This document shows positions 35,161-40,860 of a stretch of 40,860 bases of DNA, piece by piece; position 1 is the stretch's first letter, and the number at the start of each line of letters is the position of its first letter. Source of the stretch: an uncultured Verrucomicrobiota bacterium (lineage in GTDB: Bacteria > Verrucomicrobiota > Kiritimatiellia > RFP12 > UBA1067); assembly GCA_937901395.1 (NCBI GenBank), contig CALCDB010000187.1:1-40860 (forward strand), given 5' to 3'. The notes beneath the pieces were generated by a model. That model was not told the DNA's origin, made no database searches, and worked only from the letters and a program-made list of their open reading frames with translations. The position numbers were made by a program, and so were the translations under genes.

Positions 35161-38100
35161 ATGAATCTTAAAAGACTTTTTGTAGGGGCGGCGTCGCTCC
35201 TCGCATCGTTCACGGTGTTCGCGGAAGCGACGACTTCCAGCGACGCAATGTTGGTGGCCAAGGGTTGGCTTGATCAAAACCCGAATGCATTCGGCGAGTT
35301 TGGTTTGGCTGAGTCGGTAACCGCCGAGAAAAATGCTGCAGGCGAAACCCTGTGGTATTTGGTAAAGTTCTCCAATGGCGCGATGGTCGTTTCGCCCGAT
35401 ACGGAGATTGAGCCGATAATCGCGGTAATGCCGATTTCGGATGGAGTGATTCCAGAGAAGCATCCTTTGCGGGCGATGTTGATGGGCGATCTTCCTCAGC
35501 GTATTGCAATCGCCAAGGCGAAGGCCAATCAGCCGCGCTTGATGAACACGATGTCGGTTACGGGCAATGGCGCGGTGCCGAGCCCATCGGCGAAGTGGGA
35601 ACGGCTGAAGATGGCTGGCGAGGGGAAGATTATGCATAACTTCAGCCAGCGCAATCCTGATGTAGTAGTTAAGTTGCTTGATGGGTGGTCCTCGCCCAGC
35701 ACGCAGGGCGATGTGCAGACCTTGCGATTCTGGAACCAAGATGTCAGCCGCTCGTATTTTACGAACGACAAGGTGTTCAATGTATATACGCCGAACAATT
35801 ATTATTGCGGTTGCGTAGCCACGGCCGGAGCGGCGGTGTTGCACTATTTCAGGGTTCCGCGCGGGCGTTCCGGGTATGAGCAATCATGCATGGTGGATGA
35901 TGAGACGGTAACGTTATCCACGCGTGGCGGCGAATACGATTGGTCGTTAATTGACGATCAGCGGCTGACGCATCGCGTTCCCATTGCGCTTAACGATAAG
36001 CAAGTCGATTTGCTCGGCAGGGTGGCGTACGATGTTGGCGTGAGCTGCAACATGATGTATGGCGAGGATGGTTCTGGCGCGTATCCTTCCAATTTGGCGC
36101 GCGGCCTCTACGAGGCCTTTGACGTTGAGAGCGTGCAATGCGTAAACCCAGATGGCATGGAGTATTATAACATCGATTCCGCGCACTATCCAAAGCTCAT
36201 CTATAATCAGATTCGCGGTGGCGCGCCGGTAATTCTTGGCATCAACGATGCGAATTTGAATAGCGGTCACGAAGTAGTGGCGGCGGGATATGCGTATGAT
36301 GTGGATAAGACGGAATACACCTATGTGTTTCTTGGTTGGGGCGGGCAGAACGATGCGTGGTATTCGCTTCCGAGAATCGATACCAAGGCGACGGCGGAAG
36401 GCGGTTGGTTCGAGGCGTGCTTCATAACCTCGCTCATTACCGAAATCGCTCCCGATGGGTGCCATATTCCAATCGTCGGGCGCGTCGTTGACGAGGATGG
36501 TTACGGTATCGAGGAGGCGGAGGTTACGCTTCCTAACAACGAGGTCGTAATTTCCGATGCGAATGGTTATTGGGGCGGCAGAATCTCCGCGGATGACTGC
36601 ACGGGGGAAATCGTCGATCCATTGGGCGAAGGGCATAGATTCGCCGTGGGTGATTTGGCGAGAAACCCAGATGGTCGTAATGCGGTCGGAGCTTCGCGCT
36701 TAGCCGGCGCCTTGCCTGGCGATTTCAACTTCGTAATTGATTCCAAGTCGGGGTTCTTGCGCATATATTCTGATTTCCGCATCGCCCAACGTAAGGCCAT
36801 CAAAGATGGCAAGCTCCTCTACGTGATTGGCGGAACCGATACCAATCTCGTGCAAGATCTGAAGCGTGAAATGCGCAGTGAAGCCGATAAGTATTCGGAT
36901 TTCGTCGTCTTGAGTGTAGATGCCAAGCTTTATACTACGCTCATCACCGAATCGGTGCAACATGGCTGCTTTGATCCACGCGTATTCACGCCGAAAGGCA
37001 AGTGGGATGCGGAGAATGGACTTTGGGAAGAGGAGCCCGAAACTTGGGGCGGAGGAGAGAAGCGCGGCGTGATTTCGTTTAAGCTTACCGGCCCCAACGC
37101 GGTATCGGCTTCAGTTGGTTATAATTGGTATACTTATTCGGTGGAAGTTGAGTATAAGGATGGTATCACAAGAAAGTTCCCGTCGGAGTTGTTGGTGTGG
37201 TCGTTGGACGATGATACCAAGGCGAAGATACTTAGCGGAGAGTTGAACCCCACGAAGGGCGCCGATGGAACCGTTACCCTGAAAGTTGAGACGGGCGACT
37301 TGTATGATCCGGAAATCGTGAATGGATTGTTCAGCCAGGCATACACCGATCAGATCATCGTCGAGTTCTATCCAGAGCCGATAAAGTTCTCGCAACCGAC
37401 GCCGGAAAATGGATACAACTTGATTGTGGATGGCGGGGATATGCCGCTCAATCAGTATCTTACCTATGTTGCGTTCAAGGGGTCGGTAAGCCCAAGCGGA
37501 ACCAATCCCGCAATTCGCATAGCCGGCGAAAAATATACGGCGAAGGCGAATGCGACGGTTACGATCAGCAACAACTATATCTTCAAGTGCATTGGCTACG
37601 AGCTTTGGAAGGACGGCGCATTGGTGGAGTCCGGCGACTTTGACGAGAGCTCCAAGGATTATGGCGCATCGGGAACGAAGATCAAGCAGTATGGCGTGGA
37701 GTTCATCGTCGACTCCGATGATATCGTAGTCAAGTGGAGATGGGTTACGGATAAGTGCTGGATTCAAACAAGCTCGAAGAATTGCACGATTGACCAGAAT
37801 CCACAATACGTGAACTACAATGAGGCGTTGACGATTACGGCGACGCCGCCAAGCGGGTACACGATGGAAGGGACCGTTGCCGGTTGGCAGGGTTGCGAAG
37901 AGGACGAAATTCTCTCGCCTTTGCAAGCGTCGGTGAAGGCCGATAAGGTCCGTTCGGTGAAGGCGATTGCCTTCTCGAAGTACAATCCGGAAACCATAGA
38001 GGAGAATCCCGAGGAACTATTGCTGTCGCGTGGATACAAGTTCACGCTTGCGAATAGCGTGGGGGCGAAAGCGAAGAAGACCACGGTTCGCATTACCTAT

Positions 38101-38343
38101 GATACGGAAGCGCTTATGCCCCAGCCGTGCGCGCTGACCATCGGACCCGAGGGGGGAACGATCATAGTCGAGAATGGCGCGGCGGGCTTTGAATATGTGA
38201 TTGAAGGCAAGGCAGGTCTTCTGGGCGAGTGGGCGCCGATTTGCTCGCAGAAGGCGACCGTCAATGGTCCGTTGACGTTGGTCGTGCCCGCGAGCGATGC
38301 CGAGCAGGCCTTCTATAGAATAACGGTGAAGCTGGAAGAGTAA
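35161..38343 (+). CDS. Large secreted C10 (streptopain-like) family cysteine peptidase with N-terminal pro/inhibitor-like domain and long C-terminal extension
   Basis: Signal peptide MNLKRLFVGAASLLASFTVFA. Propeptide-like LVAKGWLDQNP..LWYLVKFSNGAMVVSPDTEIEPIIA. Catalytic Cys context NYYCGCVATAGAAVLHY. His context NSGHEVVAAGY and LGWGGQNDAWYSL. About 600 aa downstream is unassigned. Confidence 0.7.
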   Translation: MNLKRLFVGAASLLASFTVFAEATTSSDAMLVAKGWLDQNPNAFGEFGLAESVTAEKNAAGETLWYLVKFSNGAMVVSPDTEIEPIIAVMPISDGVIPEKHPLRAMLMGDLPQRIAIAKAKANQPRLMNTMSVTGNGAVPSPSAKWERLKMAGEGKIMHNFSQRNPDVVVKLLDGWSSPSTQGDVQTLRFWNQDVSRSYFTNDKVFNVYTPNNYYCGCVATAGAAVLHYFRVPRGRSGYEQSCMVDDETVTLSTRGGEYDWSLIDDQRLTHRVPIALNDKQVDLLGRVAYDVGVSCNMMYGEDGSGAYPSNLARGLYEAFDVESVQCVNPDGMEYYNIDSAHYPKLIYNQIRGGAPVILGINDANLNSGHEVVAAGYAYDVDKTEYTYVFLGWGGQNDAWYSLPRIDTKATAEGGWFEACFITSLITEIAPDGCHIPIVGRVVDEDGYGIEEAEVTLPNNEVVISDANGYWGGRISADDCTGEIVDPLGEGHRFAVGDLARNPDGRNAVGASRLAGALPGDFNFVIDSKSGFLRIYSDFRIAQRKAIKDGKLLYVIGGTDTNLVQDLKREMRSEADKYSDFVVLSVDAKLYTTLITESVQHGCFDPRVFTPKGKWDAENGLWEEEPETWGGGEKRGVISFKLTGPNAVSASVGYNWYTYSVEVEYKDGITRKFPSELLVWSLDDDTKAKILSGELNPTKGADGTVTLKVETGDLYDPEIVNGLFSQAYTDQIIVEFYPEPIKFSQPTPENGYNLIVDGGDMPLNQYLTYVAFKGSVSPSGTNPAIRIAGEKYTAKANATVTISNNYIFKCIGYELWKDGALVESGDFDESSKDYGASGTKIKQYGVEFIVDSDDIVVKWRWVTDKCWIQTSSKNCTIDQNPQYVNYNEALTITATPPSGYTMEGTVAGWQGCEEDEILSPLQASVKADKVRSVKAIAFSKYNPETIEENPEELLLSRGYKFTLANSVGAKAKKTTVRITYDTEALMPQPCALTIGPEGGTIIVENGAAGFEYVIEGKAGLLGEWAPICSQKATVNGPLTLVVPASDAEQAFYRITVKLEE

Positions 38344-38378
38344 TATAGCATCAACAATTTAAATGAGGAACTAAGCAA

Positions 38379-39410
38379 ATGGCGAGCAAGGTAAAGGAGA
38401 AATCGGAAACAGGCAACACCACATTGGATGGCGTAATGGCGTTGATCCGCAGGGAATTTGGCGAGATGGCGATTATGCGGCTTGGGTCGGATTGCGTCAA
38501 GGATGTTCCGGTTATTTCCACTGGGGCGTTGAGTCTTGATTTGGCGTTAGGCGTAGGCGGTTTGCCACGTGGAAGAATCGTCGAATGTTATGGCCATGAA
38601 TCATCGGGCAAGACTACCTTGGCGCTTCATGCGGTTGCGAATGCGCAGAAGGCGGGCGGAATCGCGGCGTTCATTGATGCGGAGCATGCGCTTGATCCGG
38701 CTTACGCGAAACGCATTGGCGTCGACTTGGATAATCTCATTATTTCTCAGCCCAATTGTGGCGAAGAGGCGCTTACCATTTGCGAGCAATTGGTGAAATC
38801 CGGTGCGCTTGATGTTGTGGTGGTGGATTCCGTTGCCGCGCTTACCCCGCAGGCGGAAATTGATGGCGAGATGGGCGATTCGCACATGGGCCTGCAGGCG
38901 CGCCTAATGTCGCAAGCGATGCGCAAGCTTACCGCCTCGATCGCCAAGACGAAGACGCTACTCATCTTCACCAATCAAATTCGCGATAAGATCGGCATTG
39001 TATTCGGCAACCCCGAAACCACTCCTGGCGGTAAGGCATTGAAGTTTTATAGCTCTTGCCGTCTGCAAGTATCCCGCATCAATGTCGTAAAGGATGCGTC
39101 CAATGCGGTAATCGGTAGCCGTACGCGCGTAAAGGTCGTGAAGAATAAGGTGGCGCCGCCCTTTACCGAAGCGGAATTTGATATTCTTTATTCCTGCGGT
39201 ATTTCGTACGAGGGTTCGGTGTTGGATGCCGCGTTGGTGCGCAACGTCGTCGAGCGCCGCGGTAGTTGGCTTTCGTTTAATGGCAGTCAACTCGGTCAAG
39301 GCCAGATGGCGGCGATGGAATACCTTAAGGCGCATCCGGAAGTTACTGCGCAAATCGTCGAGAAGGTAAAGGCGGCTCCCGCTCCTGAGGCCACATCGAC
39401 TAAGGCATGA
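38379..39410 (+). CDS. recA: Recombinase RecA
   Basis: [55 protein letters not shown] Shine-Dalgarno. Confidence 0.95.
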   Translation: MASKVKEKSETGNTTLDGVMALIRREFGEMAIMRLGSDCVKDVPVISTGALSLDLALGVGGLPRGRIVECYGHESSGKTTLALHAVANAQKAGGIAAFIDAEHALDPAYAKRIGVDLDNLIISQPNCGEEALTICEQLVKSGALDVVVVDSVAALTPQAEIDGEMGDSHMGLQARLMSQAMRKLTASIAKTKTLLIFTNQIRDKIGIVFGNPETTPGGKALKFYSSCRLQVSRINVVKDASNAVIGSRTRVKVVKNKVAPPFTEAEFDILYSCGISYEGSVLDAALVRNVVERRGSWLSFNGSQLGQGQMAAMEYLKAHPEVTAQIVEKVKAAPAPEATSTKA

Positions 39411-40057
39411 AGGCGGTAGTCGTCCTTTCGGGCGGACAGGACTCCGCCCTATGCCTCGCCTTGGCGGTAAAGAGATATGGGGCGAGCGAAGTGGCGGCCA
39501 TTTCATTTGAGTATGGCCAACTTCATAAGCTTGAGATTAAGTATGCCCGTAAGATGGCCAAGCATTTCAAGGTAGCGGAATTCAAGCTCGTCAAGCTCGA
39601 CTTTTACAACACGATTACCGATAATGCGCTTATGAACGGGCGCTTGCCGATTCGCAAGGGCAAGGTATGCCCCAATACCGTAGTCGAGGGACGCAACGCG
39701 CTCTTCTTGATGTTGGCGGCGATTTGGGCGAAGTCGTTGGGCGCGAAGGATATCTACACCGGCGTATCGGAGGCGGACTATTCCGGCTACCCTGATTGTC
39801 GCGAGGTGTTCATCCGTTCTCAGCAACGCACGATATGTTTGGCGCTTGATTATCCGATTAATATCGTCACGCCGTTTATGCACAAGACCAAGGTGTATGA
39901 GTGGGCGTTGAGCGCGAAGCTCGGCATCTTCGACCTTATAAAGAACGAAACCGTAACTTGCTATAATGGTATTCCCGGTAGTGGCTGCGGAAAGTGTCCT
40001 TCTTGCAAACTTCGCAATCGCGCCTTGAAGGAATATGAAGCTTCTATTCGAGGATGA
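39407..40057 (+). CDS. queC: 7-cyano-7-deazaguanine (preQ0) synthase
   Basis: [18 protein letters not shown]-loop and C-terminal Zn motif [19 protein letters not shown] overlap with recA. Confidence 0.9.
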   Translation: MKAVVVLSGGQDSALCLALAVKRYGASEVAAISFEYGQLHKLEIKYARKMAKHFKVAEFKLVKLDFYNTITDNALMNGRLPIRKGKVCPNTVVEGRNALFLMLAAIWAKSLGAKDIYTGVSEADYSGYPDCREVFIRSQQRTICLALDYPINIVTPFMHKTKVYEWALSAKLGIFDLIKNETVTCYNGIPGSGCGKCPSCKLRNRALKEYEASIRG

Positions 40058-40670
40058 CGATATAATCGTAGTGGCGAAGCCAGCCGGACAAATCGTGCAT
40101 CCCGCGCCTGGCCATGAGACGGGCTCGTTGACCGAAGAGATAGTTCGTCATTTTCCCGGCATCGCCGATGTGGGCTCGAAGGAGCGGCCGGGCATGGTGC
40201 ATCGCTTGGATATGGATACGAGCGGAGTTATGGTGTTCGCCAAGAATCAATCGGCATATCTTAATTTGCGTCGACAATTCGAGCGCCATCAAGACGTGAA
40301 GAAGGTATATCTCGCGGTCGTTCATGGCTCGCCGAAAACTCGCACGGGAACGATTGATTCGCCAGTCGGGAGCGATCATCTATCGGCCGTCTCGCATTGG
40401 CGGATATTGGGCCGCCATGATGGCATCGCCTTGTTGGAGTTTCGCATCGATACCGGGCGAATGCATCAAATTCGCATCCACGCCAAAGAATTGGGCTGTC
40501 CATTGCTCGGCGATCCGCTTTATGGCGATAGGGCGGCGGATCGGCGCTTGCGTAGGCGGCCTACGCGCACGCTACTGCATGCTGTTGAACTCTCGTTCTT
40601 GCACCCGCGAGACGGACGCCGCGTGACATTCGCCGCCGAACCGCCAGATGATATTATCTATGCGGGCTAA
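40035..40670 (+). CDS. RluA-family pseudouridine synthase without S4 domain (third paralog in the window)
   Basis: 211 aa. DIIVVAKPAG, HRLDMDTSGVMVFAK, GRMHQIRIH. It overlaps queC by 23 nt. Confidence 0.8.
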   Translation: MKLLFEDDDIIVVAKPAGQIVHPAPGHETGSLTEEIVRHFPGIADVGSKERPGMVHRLDMDTSGVMVFAKNQSAYLNLRRQFERHQDVKKVYLAVVHGSPKTRTGTIDSPVGSDHLSAVSHWRILGRHDGIALLEFRIDTGRMHQIRIHAKELGCPLLGDPLYGDRAADRRLRRRPTRTLLHAVELSFLHPRDGRRVTFAAEPPDDIIYAG

Positions 40671-40678
40671 ATACCCCC

Positions 40679-40707
40679 TTGCATTGTAAAATAAAAAAGA
40701 GTATAAT
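40679..40707 (+). promoter_or_regulatory. Near-consensus sigma70 promoter TTGCAT-17 nt-TATAAT with a GC-rich discriminator (ACCCCCC), driving the tRNA genes
   Basis: Hexamers and 17-nt spacer were read directly. It lies 20 nt upstream of the tRNA-Arg 5' end. Confidence 0.6.
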
Positions 40708-40727
40708 ACCCCCCGTTTTCTGTGTTT

Positions 40728-40804
40728 GGGGCTGTAGCTCAATTGGATAGAGCATCAGACTACGAATCTGAGGGTTGTGGGTTCAACTCCCGCCAGCCCC
40801 GCCA
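40728..40804 (+). tRNA. tRNA-Arg (anticodon ACG), CCA encoded
   Basis: Hand-folded cloverleaf. Acceptor GGGGCTG/CAGCCCC, D-arm GCTC/GAGC, anticodon arm TCAGA-CTACGAA-TCTGA, T-arm GTGGG-TTCAACT-CCCGC, discriminator G, then CCA. Confidence 0.9.
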
Positions 40805-40822
40805 GTTCCGAAAGCACCAGAT

Positions 40823-40860
40823 TGCGGGGTGGAGCAGCCTGGTAGCTCGTCAGGCTCATA
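40823..40860 (+). tRNA. tRNA-Met (anticodon CAT), 5' part only; initiator-like; truncated by the window end
   Basis: TGCGGGGTGGAGCAGCCTGGTAGCTCGTCAGGCTCATA is nearly identical to the 5' half of E. coli tRNA-fMet, including an A11:U24-type D-stem. The anticodon stem has only two of the three G-C pairs, and the 3' half is not visible. Confidence 0.75.

Noticed and set aside
38344-38378. I looked for a LexA/SOS operator upstream of recA, and upstream of uvrA at about 32350.
   Set aside because: No CTGT-N8-ACAG or other obvious palindrome is present. The uvrA upstream region is rho coding sequence. The lineage-specific LexA motif is unknown to me, so absence is not proven.
1-40860. I scanned for CRISPR arrays, rRNA, IS elements or transposases, integrases, toxin-antitoxin pairs and long direct or inverted repeats.
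   Set aside because: I found no regularly spaced direct repeats, no transposase or integrase motifs in any listed ORF, and no rRNA-like sequence. The only repeat-like features are the paralogous zinc-ribbon gene heads and the short hairpins reported above. A by-eye scan cannot exclude diverged repeats.

Overview
This is a 40.9-kb bacterial chromosomal segment. It is almost fully coding and almost entirely on the + strand; only three genes (20055-22273) are on the - strand. Most genes are housekeeping: a 5'-truncated GTP-PEPCK, a glutamine-synthetase-family gene, ilvB/ilvN, a NuoE/NuoF/GltD-fusion redox module, an FCB/PVC-style topoisomerase IV pair, a GH2 glycosidase, tgt-yajC, rsmD-queF, eda, fmt, coaE, rho, uvrA, recA-queC and three RluA-family pseudouridine synthases. 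The right edge carries tRNA-Arg(ACG) and the 5' part of a tRNA-Met(CAU). Many gene junctions are ATGA/GTGA start-stop overlaps, which implies long translationally coupled operons. The main accessory stretch is about 9.26-13.56 kb. It is visibly AT-richer and holds co-oriented small envelope genes: a Cys-rich lipoprotein, an orphan PEP-CTERM mini-ORF, a Sel1/GspG-globular-domain fusion, a PA14-like protein and a DUF456-like protein. It also holds an array of three zinc-ribbon-headed membrane proteins with different membrane modules (TM2, CD225/dispanin, DUF4190) followed by a DUF2752-like protein. I consider this array the best candidate for an undescribed system. Other points of interest are a MurE-like ligase lacking its N-terminal domain and coupled to queF, a large C10-type cysteine peptidase between uvrA and recA, an untracked 54-aa lipoprotein ORF, and a recurring TGATATAAT extended -10 box that sits 7-9 nt from some start codons. 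I found no CRISPR array, transposase, integrase or rRNA. A PVC/FCB-like lineage is only a guess, based on the PEP-CTERM tail, the T2SS-G-like domain, the Bacteroidetes-style ParC and the Listeria-Bacteroides repeats. All domain calls come from motif recognition by eye, not from searches.
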